Shown piece after piece: positions 1-10,221 of a stretch of 64,000 bases of DNA (the first letter of the stretch is position 1; every line of letters begins with the position of its first letter). Below the pieces are notes generated by a model that saw only the letters and a program-made list of their open reading frames with translations, searched no databases and was not told where the DNA came from. The stretch covers positions 64,001 to 128,000 of the forward strand of contig CAVQNG010000025.1 in assembly GCA_963713825.1 (NCBI GenBank), in the 5' to 3' direction. The position numbers and the translations under genes were made by a program. This stretch comes from an uncultured Acidobacteriota bacterium (GTDB lineage: Bacteria; Acidobacteriota; Thermoanaerobaculia; Multivoradales; JAHEKO01).

Positions 1-2
1 GC

Positions 3-422
3 CCCCGGCGGGGGGAGGTATTCGTCACCTCCAACTTCGCCAAGCAGATTGCTTCCATCGAGGCCGGCCTGCAAGAGCCGGTGATCCGAGTCGGCAATCT
101 GGATGCCCAGCGTGACTTCACGGATGTGCGAGACATGGTAAGGGCCTATTGGCTGGCAGTGACCAAGGCCAAGCCTGGCGAGGTCTACAACGTGGCGAGT
201 GGCAAGGCCGTCACGATAGGTGAGCTGTTGGATCAACTCCTGGCCTTGTCCGAAACGAAGGTCGAGGTACAGGTTGATCCAGAGCGTCTGCGCCCTTCTG
301 ATGTGGAGATTCTCCTGGGCGATTTCTCGAAGTTCAAAGCCGACACCGGCTGGGAGCCGTTGATTCCCCTCGAGCAAACCCTGAGGGACACCCTCGACTT
401 CTGGCGCCAGAAACTCTCCTAG
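3..422 (+). CDS. gmd: GDP-mannose 4,6-dehydratase-like SDR, C-terminal part (5' truncated by window edge)
   Basis: Frame is open from the window start: PRRGEVFVTSNFAKQIA...GNLDAQRDFTDVRD...YNVASG...RPSDV, typical of the GMD-type SDR C-terminus. Confidence 0.75.
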   Translation, partial: PRRGEVFVTSNFAKQIASIEAGLQEPVIRVGNLDAQRDFTDVRDMVRAYWLAVTKAKPGEVYNVASGKAVTIGELLDQLLALSETKVEVQVDPERLRPSDVEILLGDFSKFKADTGWEPLIPLEQTLRDTLDFWRQKLS

Positions 423-452
423 AGAGGCAGTCGGCTCGCTGTCCTAAACGTC

Positions 453-1364
453 ATGGACGTTCTCATCACCGGTGTCGCCGGGTTCGTCGGTTCACACCTC
501 AGTCGAGACCTAGTGGCTCGAGGGCACCGAGTCACCGGTACGTTCATCGGCCCGAGGCCACAACTGCCCGGAGTCGAGTTGATCGAGGCGGATCTCATGG
601 ATCCTCGGAAGCTGGCGGCGGTCGTCGAGTCGGCGGACCCCGACGGTATCGTCCACCTGGCAGGGCTCAGCCACGTTGGTGAGTCGTGGCGCAGACCGGA
701 TCTCTACTTTCAGGTCAACGTGCTCGGCAGCGAGAATCTGCTGAACGCCGCCCGTGGGGTGAGAGTCGTTCTGGCATCGAGTGCCGAGGTCTATGGGCTG
801 GTGCCCGAAGAGGATCAGCCGCTGACCGAGGACCGCACCCTGGCGCCGACCAGTCCCTATGGGATGAGCAAGGCGGCAATGGAGAGGTTCGCCGCTTATC
901 ACGATGCCACGATCGTCAGGTCGTTCAATATCTGCGGGCCTGGTCAGGCGACGAACTTTGCTTTGCCTACCTTTGCCCAGCAACTGAGGGCGATAGCCGG
1001 GGACCAGCAGAGCCCGGTGATCCAGGCGGGCAATCTCTCGGCACGGCGGGATTTCATTCATATCGACGATGCGGTCGCCGGCTACAGCGCAGTGCTCGAG
1101 CAGGGACAGCCCGGGGGGGTCTACAACCTGGGGAGTGGACAGGCTCACAGCATCCAGGCCGCTCTCGAGGAGCTCATCCGGATTTCGGGGGTCTCGCCAG
1201 AGGTCGAAGTGGACCCGGAACGTGTCCGGAAGGTGGATGTTCCGCTGCTCGTTGCCTCGACCGAACCCCTACAAGCTCTCGGCTGGGCGGCCGAGAAGAC
1301 TCTTTCAGAAGCCCTGCAGGATCTCTGGGAACAGACGGTCGAGCCGGGGATTCGGGAGTCCTAG
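453..1364 (+). CDS. NAD-dependent epimerase/dehydratase, GDP-4-keto-6-deoxymannose reductase (Rmd)-like
   Basis: GVAGFVG Rossmann motif, SSAEVYG, YGMSK (YxxxK), GNLSARRDF; tandem with the gmd-like gene. Confidence 0.75.
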   Translation: MDVLITGVAGFVGSHLSRDLVARGHRVTGTFIGPRPQLPGVELIEADLMDPRKLAAVVESADPDGIVHLAGLSHVGESWRRPDLYFQVNVLGSENLLNAARGVRVVLASSAEVYGLVPEEDQPLTEDRTLAPTSPYGMSKAAMERFAAYHDATIVRSFNICGPGQATNFALPTFAQQLRAIAGDQQSPVIQAGNLSARRDFIHIDDAVAGYSAVLEQGQPGGVYNLGSGQAHSIQAALEELIRISGVSPEVEVDPERVRKVDVPLLVASTEPLQALGWAAEKTLSEALQDLWEQTVEPGIRES

Positions 1365-1376
1365 GGCGCCGCTCTC

Positions 1377-2717
1377 GTGGCCAGCCTCTCAGCTCGGGAA
1401 CTTCTCCGTCAGACAGTCCATATCGGTGCCGGCTTTCTGGCGCTGACCCTGCGGTGGGTCGATCCGCTGCAGCTGTCTTGGGCAGCTGCTGCTGGGCTCG
1501 CTTTCAACACCTTGATCCTGCCCCACCTCGGTGGGCTGGGCTTGTGGAGAGGAGAGGAGGGGCGGAATGGGAGAGCTCCCGGGATCGTCCTCTATCCGCT
1601 CAGTGTTCTGATGCTCCTGTTGATCTTCAGACGGCAGCCGGAGGTTGCGGCAGCGGGATGGGGACTGCTCGCCTTCGGAGACGGCGCGGCGTCCCTGGCC
1701 GGCCTGGCCTGGGGAGACCGAAAGCTGCCTTGGAATCCAGCCAAGACCTGGGTGGGCCTGACGGCCTTCTGGCTGTTGGGAGGCGGCGCCGTCGCAGCGC
1801 TGATTCAGTGGGTGGCACCAGGCGACTACGAACCGCTCTTTGTTTGGGGCGTCAGCCTCGGGGTGACCCTCGTTGCGGCGCTTCTCGAGTCGATGCCGAC
1901 GAGACTCGATGACAACCTGGCGGTACCGTTGATCGGTGCACTGCTGCTGTCTTGCAGCCTGCGGACTGAAGGGTACTGGTCGCTGTTGGCCAGCCCGATC
2001 TGGTTGATGCGACTGGTCACGGCCCTGGCAGCGAACGCAGTTCTGGCCGCAGCCGCCTATCGGTGGAAGGCGCTCGACCGGAGCGGCTGGATCGCCGCCA
2101 CGATCGTCGGCAGTGCAGTGCTGGGTTTCCTGGGTTGGAGGGGCTACCTCCTTCTCATGTTGTTCTTCTTGCTCGGGACCCTTGCGACTCGGCTCGGCTA
2201 CAAGAGCAAAGCGCACTTGGGTGTGGCCCAGGAGCGCTCGGGTCGGAGAAACGCCTGGAACGTCCTGGCGAACGGTTCAGTAGCGGCCATCTGTGCAGTG
2301 TTCTCGGTTGTCACGCCCTTGCCTCAGTTGTTCTACCTGGCCTTTGCGGGTGCCATCGCGTCGGCCGCTGCCGATACTCTGGAGAGTGAAATCGGTCAGC
2401 TTCGCGCTGGCCCGACGTTTCTCATCACGAGCTTCAAACCCGTCCGGGTCGGGACCGATGGCGGCGTCTCCGCTGTCGGCACCACAGCGGGAGCTTTGGG
2501 GTCTCTGATGGTGGCCTTCACTGGAGGGATTGTCGGGCTGTACCCGGCGAGATCTGTCCTCATCGTTGCCGTGGCGGGTTTTACCGCTACCCTGCTCGAA
2601 AGTGCTGTCGGTGCGAGCCTCGAGCGGCGGGGGCTGGTCGGAAACCATGCGGTCAACCTGTTCAATACCTTGACGGGGGCACTACTGGCCGTGGGAGGGA
2701 CGCGACTGCTGAGCTGA
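1377..2717 (+). CDS. Membrane fusion protein: phytol/dolichol kinase-like domain plus DUF92 (TMEM19/VTE6-like) domain
   Basis: N-half RQTVH, GDGAASLAG, KTWVG, DDNLAVP (CTP-dependent polyprenol kinase motifs); C-half NVLANG, ADTLESEIG, GTDGGVS (DUF92). Confidence 0.75.
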   Translation: MASLSARELLRQTVHIGAGFLALTLRWVDPLQLSWAAAAGLAFNTLILPHLGGLGLWRGEEGRNGRAPGIVLYPLSVLMLLLIFRRQPEVAAAGWGLLAFGDGAASLAGLAWGDRKLPWNPAKTWVGLTAFWLLGGGAVAALIQWVAPGDYEPLFVWGVSLGVTLVAALLESMPTRLDDNLAVPLIGALLLSCSLRTEGYWSLLASPIWLMRLVTALAANAVLAAAAYRWKALDRSGWIAATIVGSAVLGFLGWRGYLLLMLFFLLGTLATRLGYKSKAHLGVAQERSGRRNAWNVLANGSVAAICAVFSVVTPLPQLFYLAFAGAIASAAADTLESEIGQLRAGPTFLITSFKPVRVGTDGGVSAVGTTAGALGSLMVAFTGGIVGLYPARSVLIVAVAGFTATLLESAVGASLERRGLVGNHAVNLFNTLTGALLAVGGTRLLS

Positions 2718-2790
2718 GAGATCGCTTCGCATTGGTCCGGGACAGGGTGCTGCACTATGATGGCTGAGACCGTCCCCGGGGGTTGGCCGA

Positions 2791-3315
2791 ATGACCGCAT
2801 CTGACAGAGAACTTGAGAAAGTCGAAACGGCTGACGTCGAGGTCCTCTCGAGCGGCCTGCTGAGCTCCTACGATCGGCTTCGTCTGCGCCTCGTGTCGGC
2901 CCTGGAGCGCAAAGGACGGCTGGGTAGGGCGGTGTCCGAACCGTTGATGCTGGCACCCGATCTTCTGGTGCTACTCGTCCGGCTTTGCTTGGACCGCGAC
3001 GTGTCTCCTGCCTCGCGACAGCTCATCGTCGGTGCCCTGGCCTACTTCCTGACTCCGGTCGACCTCTTGCCAGAGGCGTTTCTGGGGGTCGGAGGGATCT
3101 TGGATGATGTCGTCTTGGTCAGTTTGGTCCTGAGCCACAGTCTCGATGCGGAGCTGGAACCGCTAGCGGTCAAGCACTGGAGCGGTAGTCAGGAACTTCG
3201 AGTTGTCCTGGCAGATGCTTCGGCGGCGGGGGCGGCGCTGCTCGGGTTCAACGTTTACGAGCGATTGAAGAGACTGCTAGCCAGGCGTGGCATTCAAGTA
3301 GCCGACGATCGCTAG
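2791..3315 (+). CDS. DUF1232 (YkvA-like) family protein
   Basis: ALAYFLTPVDLLPE...GILDD motif. Confidence 0.8.
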   Translation: MTASDRELEKVETADVEVLSSGLLSSYDRLRLRLVSALERKGRLGRAVSEPLMLAPDLLVLLVRLCLDRDVSPASRQLIVGALAYFLTPVDLLPEAFLGVGGILDDVVLVSLVLSHSLDAELEPLAVKHWSGSQELRVVLADASAAGAALLGFNVYERLKRLLARRGIQVADDR

Positions 3316-3863
3316 CTGGATCGTCGCTCCTTCAGTTGTTTGAAGAGCTGCTCGATCAACGGAAATCCTCCGTCCGGGAAGTTCTCGGAGTTGTCCCAGA
3401 ATCGCGCCAGTCCACGACTCCCCTGACTCTCGTAGAGATACACCTTCAGCATCATCTGGAGTTTGTCGCAGGACTTGACCAGCCGGGCCTCGAGAGTCTC
3501 GGCGTTTCGATACTCTTCCCACAGGGCCCTCATTCTGGGCGTCAGCGGTGCGAGGATCTCCTCGATCGCGGCGGCCTCGGCAGCTGGCTTGGCACCCTCG
3601 GGTAGATACCGAGAGGCGGTGCGGGGGAAGTCGCCGATTCTGAGCTCGGCGAGATCGTGGACCATGGCGATCTCGAGAGCTCGCAGTCGGTCGAGGTCGG
3701 GAATGTGATCGCCGAGGACCCAAACCAGGAAGGCGACATGCAGGGTGTGCTCACTGACGCTCTCCGGGTCGGAGACGCCGCTCAGGAGATACCCTATTCT
3801 CGGGATTCGGTCCAGGTTCTGGACTTCCAGGAGAAGGTCGAGCAATTCGCCGTTGGGTCGCAT
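3312..3863 (-). CDS. HD-domain phosphohydrolase (YfbR/HDDC2-like 5'-deoxynucleotidase)
   Basis: PRIGY, ESVSEH, VHDLAE..IGD, DKL motifs. Confidence 0.85.
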   Translation of the reverse strand: MRPNGELLDLLLEVQNLDRIPRIGYLLSGVSDPESVSEHTLHVAFLVWVLGDHIPDLDRLRALEIAMVHDLAELRIGDFPRTASRYLPEGAKPAAEAAAIEEILAPLTPRMRALWEEYRNAETLEARLVKSCDKLQMMLKVYLYESQGSRGLARFWDNSENFPDGGFPLIEQLFKQLKERRSS

Positions 3864-3992
3864 GGGCGAAGCAGCTTACTACAGGTGTGACTTGGTACAG
3901 GAGTATGGGTGCGGACTCCGGGTGACGGTAAGATTGGTTGACAATCGACAGGTGGTCGAATCTCAACTTCAACCACAGCGAGGAACTCGAGA

Positions 3993-4532
3993 ATGGCAGA
4001 GAATCGAGTACCGAGACCGCAGGCTGGCGAGCACGATGCCTACTTTTCAACCTATATCGACCGGGTCGTCGAGGGCGACCTCATGGTTGATCTGAAGCGC
4101 CAGGCCCAAGAGCTCGCCGAGCTTTGTGGTGGTCTGTCCGATGCTGAAGGTGAGTATCGGTACGGGCCCGACAAGTGGAGCATCAAGGAGGTGCTGGGAC
4201 ACCTTGTCGACACGGAGAGAGTCTTCGCTTTCCGTGCACTCTGGTTCGCGCGCGGCGGACCGACCGATCTGCCAGGATTCGACCAGGATGAGTTCGTGCG
4301 TCTGGCCGAATTCGATCGACGTACGGTAGAAAGCCTGGTGGCCGAGTTCGTTGACTTGCGGCAGTCCACCGTCGATCTTCTGTCGAGCTTTCGGGAAGCT
4401 GAGTGGGCCCAATCGGGGATCTCGAGTGGGCTACCTCTCTCGGTGCGGGCGATCGGCTACATCCTGGTGGGCCACGTGATTCATCATCAGGGAATCCTGC
4501 AGGAACGATACTTGAATCGACTCGAAGGCTGA
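3993..4532 (+). CDS. DinB/YfiT family protein
   Basis: KWSIKEVLGHLVDTE and GHVIHH metal-binding His pattern. Confidence 0.85.
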   Translation: MAENRVPRPQAGEHDAYFSTYIDRVVEGDLMVDLKRQAQELAELCGGLSDAEGEYRYGPDKWSIKEVLGHLVDTERVFAFRALWFARGGPTDLPGFDQDEFVRLAEFDRRTVESLVAEFVDLRQSTVDLLSSFREAEWAQSGISSGLPLSVRAIGYILVGHVIHHQGILQERYLNRLEG

Positions 4533-4566
4533 CGAGAAGGGCGAGGAAAGGCGGCAGGGAATAGAG

Positions 4567-4947
4567 TTGTCGGAGGAAGAGTCCATGGAAGAGATGACAC
4601 CTGCAAAGGTGAAACCACTTGTGAAGTTGGCTGAACTGCAGCGACTCGATATCCGAGTCGGAACGATCTTGCGAGTCGAGGAGATCGAGGGCTCGGTCTC
4701 CCTGATGAAGCTCACCGTCAGCTTCGGTGACCACGAGCGTTCGATTCTGGCCGGCATCAAACAGGAGCGTCCTGACGCGAGCGAGCTGGTCGGCCGGCAA
4801 TCGCTCTTTGTCGTCAATCTGGAGCCCAGGAAGATGATGGGAGAGTTGTCGGAAGGCATGTTGTTCGACATCGGCTACGAGGACGGTGTTCGCCCGGCGC
4901 TGGCCGTGCCAGAACGAACGGTTCCCAACGGAGCCCGAGCGGGTTGA
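4567..4947 (+). CDS. tRNA-binding OB-fold protein (CsaA/Trbp111-like)
   Basis: [25 protein letters not shown]; start codon uncertain. Confidence 0.8.
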   Translation: MSEEESMEEMTPAKVKPLVKLAELQRLDIRVGTILRVEEIEGSVSLMKLTVSFGDHERSILAGIKQERPDASELVGRQSLFVVNLEPRKMMGELSEGMLFDIGYEDGVRPALAVPERTVPNGARAG

Positions 4948-4957
4948 AGGAGGCGGT

Positions 4958-5506
4958 ATGAAGCGTTGTCCATACTGTGCCGAAGAGATCCAAGACGTGG
5001 CCGTGAAGTGCCGCTACTGCGGGGAGTTCCTGACCGAAGAGTCGGCGGGCCAGCGGTTCTCGATGCGAAACACGGTACCTGCCGGCTACTGGGGATACGA
5101 ATACCGCTCGCAGGCCGAGCTCCTCGGCGTGCCGTGGATTCATATCGCCCAGGGCGTCGACCCGACGACCGGTAGGCCTCGTATCGCGAGGGGAGTTTTC
5201 GCCATGGGAAACATCGCTCTGGGAGCGGTTGCTATTGGCGGCATTTCCATTGGCGGCCTGACCTTTGGTGGGGTGAGTCTCGGACTCGTGGCCCTGGGTG
5301 GTGTCGCGATAGGTGGTGTGGCCCTCGGCGGGATGGCCCTGGGCGTTTCTCTTGCAGTTGGCGGCATGGCTCTGTCGACCAAGTATGCCATCGGAGGCAT
5401 AGCCGTGGCTCCCCATACCATCGATGGCCGTGGAGCCGATCCAGAAGTCGTCGAGTGGCTCCGGGGCTGGTGGGCGAAGATCCTCTCGCCCTTTGAGGGT
5501 GGCTAG
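4958..5506 (+). CDS. Zinc-ribbon protein with glycine-rich hydrophobic repeat region
   Basis: CPYC-x13-CRYC at the N-terminus; AGGAGG RBS before ATG 4958; repeated GGxAx/GxxAL units. Confidence 0.7.
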   Translation: MKRCPYCAEEIQDVAVKCRYCGEFLTEESAGQRFSMRNTVPAGYWGYEYRSQAELLGVPWIHIAQGVDPTTGRPRIARGVFAMGNIALGAVAIGGISIGGLTFGGVSLGLVALGGVAIGGVALGGMALGVSLAVGGMALSTKYAIGGIAVAPHTIDGRGADPEVVEWLRGWWAKILSPFEGG

Positions 5507-5545
5507 CGTCGTTACTTCCGGCCGGGTAGCCGGGATGATCAGGAG

Positions 5546-5983
5546 GTGAGCATGAAGCCGAGCAAGTCCAGATTGGTGATCACCGTTGCTCTGATCCTCG
5601 TTGTGTGTGGTTGCGTCGGGCTGAAGGCTGACGACGAGAGGGTCCAGGCAGGCGTGGAAGCTGCGGAGGCCTGGCTGCAGCTGGTGGACCAGGGTGGGTA
5701 CGACAAAAGCTGGGAGGAGACAGCCGCCTATTTCCGGGCGGCGGTGGGGCGGGAGCAATGGCAGCAAACGATGACTGCAGCTCGACAGCCACTGGGAGAA
5801 GTCGAATCCAGGGAGTTGCTGGAGGCCAAGTACAGGTCCCAACTGGCTGGAGCGCCTGACGGAGACTATGTGGTCATCCGATTCAAGACCTCCTTCTCCA
5901 ACAAGGCCGAATCGGTGGAGACCATCACTCCCATGCTCGACCCCGATGGTCGATGGCGAGTCTCGGGCTACTACATCAAGTAG
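5546..5983 (+). CDS. DUF4019 family exported protein
   Basis: Signal-like N-terminus; WLQLVD.G.Y..SW, RQPLG, GAPDGDY, F.TSF, WRVSGY pattern. Confidence 0.75.
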   Translation: MSMKPSKSRLVITVALILVVCGCVGLKADDERVQAGVEAAEAWLQLVDQGGYDKSWEETAAYFRAAVGREQWQQTMTAARQPLGEVESRELLEAKYRSQLAGAPDGDYVVIRFKTSFSNKAESVETITPMLDPDGRWRVSGYYIK

Positions 5984-6624
5984 CTCGACGGCTGTGCGGG
6001 TGAATGCGTTGCATCCCAAAGTTGGCTCGCGCCTCTGTAGCTGAGGAGAACCCCGAGCAACAGCAAGAGTAGCCCGCAGAGTCTCAGGACTCTAGGGAAC
6101 CAGACTCCGTGAAGGGCCTGACCGCCCCGGGCGGCCAGCCAAGCCAGGGTTATCTTGCTGGCGACGATGAAGGCGTAAAAGCCCGTCAGGTAGCCGACAG
6201 CACCCATCGGGTCCTGGTGCCATCCCGAGACCAACGTCGGTGCACCGACGCCGATCCAGAACACCCAGGGATGGGGATTGAGGAAGTTGACCACAGCACC
6301 CTGCCAGAGGTCCTTGATAGCCGTCGGGACGATCTCGCCAGACAGCGGTGAGGGAGCTTCCTGTCGGACACTCTGTATTCCCAGGTAGGTGACGTACGAG
6401 CCGCCGAGGAGCGTCAGTCCGCCGAGAAACGACTCCGGCAGATCTTTGAGAAGGAGCAGGGCCAGAATGACGATCGGTACGTCGGTCAGAAGTGGCGCTA
6501 TGGCGATGCGCAGGCCCGACCGAAATCCCCTCTCGATAGAGACCGCTACGAGCAGGGTCAGTAGTGGCCCGGGGCTCAAGCCGGCCGCCAGCCCCAGTCC
6601 GGCTCCGAGGAGGGTCAGCTCCAT
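5971..6624 (-). CDS. LysE/RhtB family translocator
   Basis: LSPGP, G.YV.YLG and NFLNPH motifs; start placed at MELTLLG (ATG 6624). Confidence 0.85.
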   Translation of the reverse strand: MELTLLGAGLGLAAGLSPGPLLTLLVAVSIERGFRSGLRIAIAPLLTDVPIVILALLLLKDLPESFLGGLTLLGGSYVTYLGIQSVRQEAPSPLSGEIVPTAIKDLWQGAVVNFLNPHPWVFWIGVGAPTLVSGWHQDPMGAVGYLTGFYAFIVASKITLAWLAARGGQALHGVWFPRVLRLCGLLLLLLGVLLSYRGASQLWDATHSPAQPSSYLM

Positions 6625-6667
6625 AGCGGGTCGGTTCCAGGCATGACCAGCGAATTTGCCTTGAAGG

Positions 6668-7399
6668 TCAGTCGAGGGTCCTGTCGTCCCCAGGGCCGTC
6701 GACTTCCCCCTCGAGAGCCATTTCGGCGGCACGCCGGGCGTGGATCTCAGTGGTATCGAAGAGCGGCACCGGAGAATCCTCGGGTTGTACCAGGAGAGAG
6801 ATCTCGGTGCAACCGAGAATGATGCCTTCGGCACCCGAAGCGGCCAGGCGATGGAGAATCTTCCGAAACTCCTGCCGGGAGCTCTGCAGGATCTGGCCGC
6901 GGCACAACTCGTCGTAGATCACGCGGTGGACGAGATTTCGGTCCGCTTCGACCGGGATAACCACGTGCAAGCCATAGCGATCCTCGAGGCGGCGACGATA
7001 GAAGTCCTCTTCCATGGTGAAGCGAGTCCCCAGCAGACCTACGGCGCTCGAGCCCCGATACCGAACGCTCTCACCGGTGGCATCGGCGATGTGCAAGAAC
7101 GGGATGGAGATCGCAGTCTCGATCTCGGAGGAGACCTTGTGCATGGTATTGGTGCAGAGCACGAGCAAGTCTGCTCCGGCGTTCTGCAAGCGAAGTGCTG
7201 CGCGGGCGAGAATCTCGGCCGCCTCGGACCACCGCCCGGCCATTTGCAGCGCTTCGATCTCGTGAAAGTCCACGCTGTAGAGCAGGATTTTGGCGGAATG
7301 CAGACCCCCGAGGTGCTCGTTGACGGTGCTGTTGATGACCCTGTAGTAGGGAACGGTGGACTCCCAACTCATGCCACCGAGCAGTCCCACTGTTTTCAT
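6668..7399 (-). CDS. Aspartate/glutamate racemase family protein (YgeA-like)
   Basis: GLLGGMSWEST, CTNTMH, ILGCTEI catalytic Cys pair. Confidence 0.92.
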   Translation of the reverse strand: MKTVGLLGGMSWESTVPYYRVINSTVNEHLGGLHSAKILLYSVDFHEIEALQMAGRWSEAAEILARAALRLQNAGADLLVLCTNTMHKVSSEIETAISIPFLHIADATGESVRYRGSSAVGLLGTRFTMEEDFYRRRLEDRYGLHVVIPVEADRNLVHRVIYDELCRGQILQSSRQEFRKILHRLAASGAEGIILGCTEISLLVQPEDSPVPLFDTTEIHARRAAEMALEGEVDGPGDDRTLD

Positions 7400-7514
7400 C
7401 GTCGCTGTCCTTCCTGGAGGTAAGGAGCCCCCGGCAACACCTTCACCTCGATCGATCTTACCTGAGTCGCCGCGGCTGATTCGGCACGTGGCGCAGGTCT
7501 CCGACAGAGATAAT

Positions 7515-7540
7515 GATGGCCGCTCGAGAGAGCGGCCATC
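7515..7540 (-). terminator. Hairpin at the end of the ACIII-caa3 operon, probable terminator
   Basis: Perfect 11-bp stem GATGGCCGCTC-gaga-GAGCGGCCATC about 30 nt past the ctaF stop; only a weak U-tract on the minus strand. Confidence 0.55.
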
Positions 7541-7568
7541 GGGGATGTGTTGCTGCTGTGTCGAGCGC

Positions 7569-7874
7569 TCAGCCGACAGGACCCTGGAGCATGATCATCC
7601 CCCGGGTCAGGTAGTCGCTCATGGTGAATCCGATGAGAAAGAGAAGCCAGAGGAATCCGGCCAACACGACGACCTTGGTCAACCGACTACTTTGGCGGAC
7701 ATGCATAAAGAAAAGGATCACGAGGCATGCCTTGGTGACTGCAATGCCCATCGCTACGATGTCGTTCAGGGGACCCAAGTGCATAAATGCCACTGCGACG
7801 GTGATGGCAGTGAGCACCATGAGCGCCATGAAGATGACCAGGTAGGTGCGAACCGGTGTGATGTGCTCCGACAT
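7569..7874 (-). CDS. ctaF: Cytochrome c oxidase subunit IV (caa3)
   Basis: Three TM helices, KACLVILFFMH motif; start at MSEHITPV. Confidence 0.88.
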   Translation of the reverse strand: MSEHITPVRTYLVIFMALMVLTAITVAVAFMHLGPLNDIVAMGIAVTKACLVILFFMHVRQSSRLTKVVVLAGFLWLLFLIGFTMSDYLTRGMIMLQGPVG

Positions 7875-7888
7875 GTTACAGCCCCTTC

Positions 7889-8551
7889 TCAGACCTGGAT
7901 ATTTCGGCCCAGCAGATAAAGGAGGGGAAAGAGGAAGATCCACACGATATCCACGAAATGCCAATAGAGACCGATGCCCTCGACCAGATTGTGGTTCTCC
8001 GGCGAGAAGGCCCCCCTCCAAGCCAGGACCGCGACCACCAGCAGGATTCCCATGCCGATCACCATGTGGAGGGCATGTAGGCCGGTCATTAAAAAGTAGA
8101 GATTGAAGAACATCTCCACGCCGGGCGCCTCCGGGCCGTCCCAGTGGAAGTTGGGTCCCGGTACGAGGTGGTGCTCGAACTTGGCGCTGTATTCGACAAC
8201 CTTGATCCCCAGAAAGACGCCTCCGAGCGCGATCGTCGCCAAAAGGAAGACGACGATGGCCTTGCGACGCCCAGTCTGGGCCGCCCACACGGCCAGGGCC
8301 ATAGTCAAGCTGCTGCCGATGAGAACGGCAGTGTTGATCGCCCCAAGGCCAATGTCCAGCTCATGACTGCCCAGAGCGAATGCTGCGCCCTGACTCGATC
8401 GATAGACGATGTAGGCTGTAAAAACGCCACCGAAGAACATGATCTCCGTGACGAGAAAGACCCACATGCCGAGGAAGGAGGCCTCGCGCTGCTGATCGAA
8501 GCTGTCGAAATGATGCTGCAGGCCCCAGGCGTGACTCGATTCACCCTGCAT
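7889..8551 (-). CDS. ctaE: Cytochrome c oxidase subunit III
   Basis: WVFLVTEIMFFG, TGLHALHM, YWHFVDIVW. Confidence 0.95.
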   Translation of the reverse strand: MQGESSHAWGLQHHFDSFDQQREASFLGMWVFLVTEIMFFGGVFTAYIVYRSSQGAAFALGSHELDIGLGAINTAVLIGSSLTMALAVWAAQTGRRKAIVVFLLATIALGGVFLGIKVVEYSAKFEHHLVPGPNFHWDGPEAPGVEMFFNLYFLMTGLHALHMVIGMGILLVVAVLAWRGAFSPENHNLVEGIGLYWHFVDIVWIFLFPLLYLLGRNIQV

Positions 8552-8590
8552 AGATCGCGTCCTCTCCACGTTGTGTCTGCTGGTGCTCCA

Positions 8591-10216
8591 CTAAGCCACC
8601 CTCTTGTCGCGCATGGCGAGGTAGTCGTAGGCCTCTGTGGTAACCACAGGTGGCTCGTCGAAATTGTAGGTCGGTGGTGGAGATGAAGTCTCCCACTCGA
8701 GCCCGTAGGCCCCCCACGGGTTGTCCGTTGCGCGCTCGCCGTACCGCATGGACCAGATGAAATAGATCAGAGGCAGCAGGTAGCCCAAGCCGAGGATTGT
8801 CGCCCCGGCCGACGACAGAACATTGAGAATCTGAAACTCTTCCGGATAGGCGTGGTATCGGCGTGGCATGCCCAGATAGCCGAGCACGAATTGGGGAAAG
8901 AAAGTGAGATTGAAGCCTACGAAGATCAGTCCGGCCGAGATTTTCGACCAGAAGACCGAATACAAGCGGCCCGTGATCTTGGGCCACCAGTAGTGCATTC
9001 CTCCGAGGTAGGCCATGATGGCTCCACCGACCATGATGTAGTGGAAGTGGGCGACGATGAAGTAGGTGTCGTGAACATGCATGTCGAGGCCCAGGGTCGC
9101 CAGCATGACCCCAGTCAGGCCGCCAACCACGAACAGGCCGATGAATCCGAGGGCGTAGATCATCGGGGTTTGCCACGAGATGGACCCCTGGTAGAGCGTC
9201 GCCGTCCAGTTGAAGGTCTTTACTGCCGATGGTACTGCAACGAGCATGGAGAGTACGGAAAAGATCAGGCCGGCATAGAGCGATTGGCTCGAGATGAACA
9301 TGTGGTGGCCCCAGACCAGGAAGCCGAGCACCGCAATCGCCAGGCTCGAGAAGGCCACGAACTTGTACCCGAAAATCCTCTTGCGCGAGAACGCGGCAAT
9401 GATCTCGCTGATAACACCCATGGCGGGCAGGATCATGATGTAGACCGCCGGGTGGGAGTAGAACCAGAAGAGGTGCTGGAACAGGACCGGATCTCCTCCA
9501 AGCGCCGGATCGAAGATCCCGATGTTGAGAAGTCGTTCGGCGGCAACCAGCACGATGGCGATAGCCACGACAGGGGTGCCCAGAATCTGGACGAGGCTGG
9601 TTCCGTACATCGACCAGACAAACAAAGGCAAGCGGAACCAAGTCAGCCCCGGGGCTCTCATGCGATGAATAGTGACGACGAAATTGAGGCCGGTCATGAT
9701 GGAGGAGAAACCGGCCACAAACACGCCGAGTGCCGTGAGGATCACTTCGCTGTCGGCGAAAACGCTGCTATAGGGCGTGTAGAAGGTCCAGCCCGTGTCC
9801 GTTCCGCCTCTCAGCAGTGCCGCTACCATCAAGGTTGCGCCGACGTTGTAGACGTACCAGCTGCCGAGATTCAACTTCGGGAAGGCCAGGTCCTTGGCGC
9901 CGATCATCAGGGGTATGAGGAAGTTTCCCAACACCGCCGGGATGGCCGGAATCAAGAAGAGAAACACCATCAGGACTCCGTGGGCCGTGAAGAGCCTGTT
10001 GTAGGTGTCGGGCTCCACCATGTCGCCGAGCGGTGTCGCCAGCTCGAGGCGAAGGAAGGCTGCCATGATCCCACCGAGCATGAAGAAGAAGGTGACAGAG
10101 ACCAGGTAGAGGATGGCGATCCTCTTGTGATCCTTCGTGAGCAGCCACGACTTGATGCCGTATTCGGCATTCAGGTAGTTCTTGCGGCGAGCCGGCGTGG
10201 TAACAGTCTCACTCAT
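8591..10216 (-). CDS. ctaD: Cytochrome c oxidase subunit I, A2-type
   Basis: WFYSHPAVY (YS motif of A2 type), WGHHMF, HFHY, K-channel AVPSAVK; start 10216 or 10225. Confidence 0.97.
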   Translation of the reverse strand: MSETVTTPARRKNYLNAEYGIKSWLLTKDHKRIAILYLVSVTFFFMLGGIMAAFLRLELATPLGDMVEPDTYNRLFTAHGVLMVFLFLIPAIPAVLGNFLIPLMIGAKDLAFPKLNLGSWYVYNVGATLMVAALLRGGTDTGWTFYTPYSSVFADSEVILTALGVFVAGFSSIMTGLNFVVTIHRMRAPGLTWFRLPLFVWSMYGTSLVQILGTPVVAIAIVLVAAERLLNIGIFDPALGGDPVLFQHLFWFYSHPAVYIMILPAMGVISEIIAAFSRKRIFGYKFVAFSSLAIAVLGFLVWGHHMFISSQSLYAGLIFSVLSMLVAVPSAVKTFNWTATLYQGSISWQTPMIYALGFIGLFVVGGLTGVMLATLGLDMHVHDTYFIVAHFHYIMVGGAIMAYLGGMHYWWPKITGRLYSVFWSKISAGLIFVGFNLTFFPQFVLGYLGMPRRYHAYPEEFQILNVLSSAGATILGLGYLLPLIYFIWSMRYGERATDNPWGAYGLEWETSSPPPTYNFDEPPVVTTEAYDYLAMRDKRVA

Positions 10217-10221
10217 AGTGA

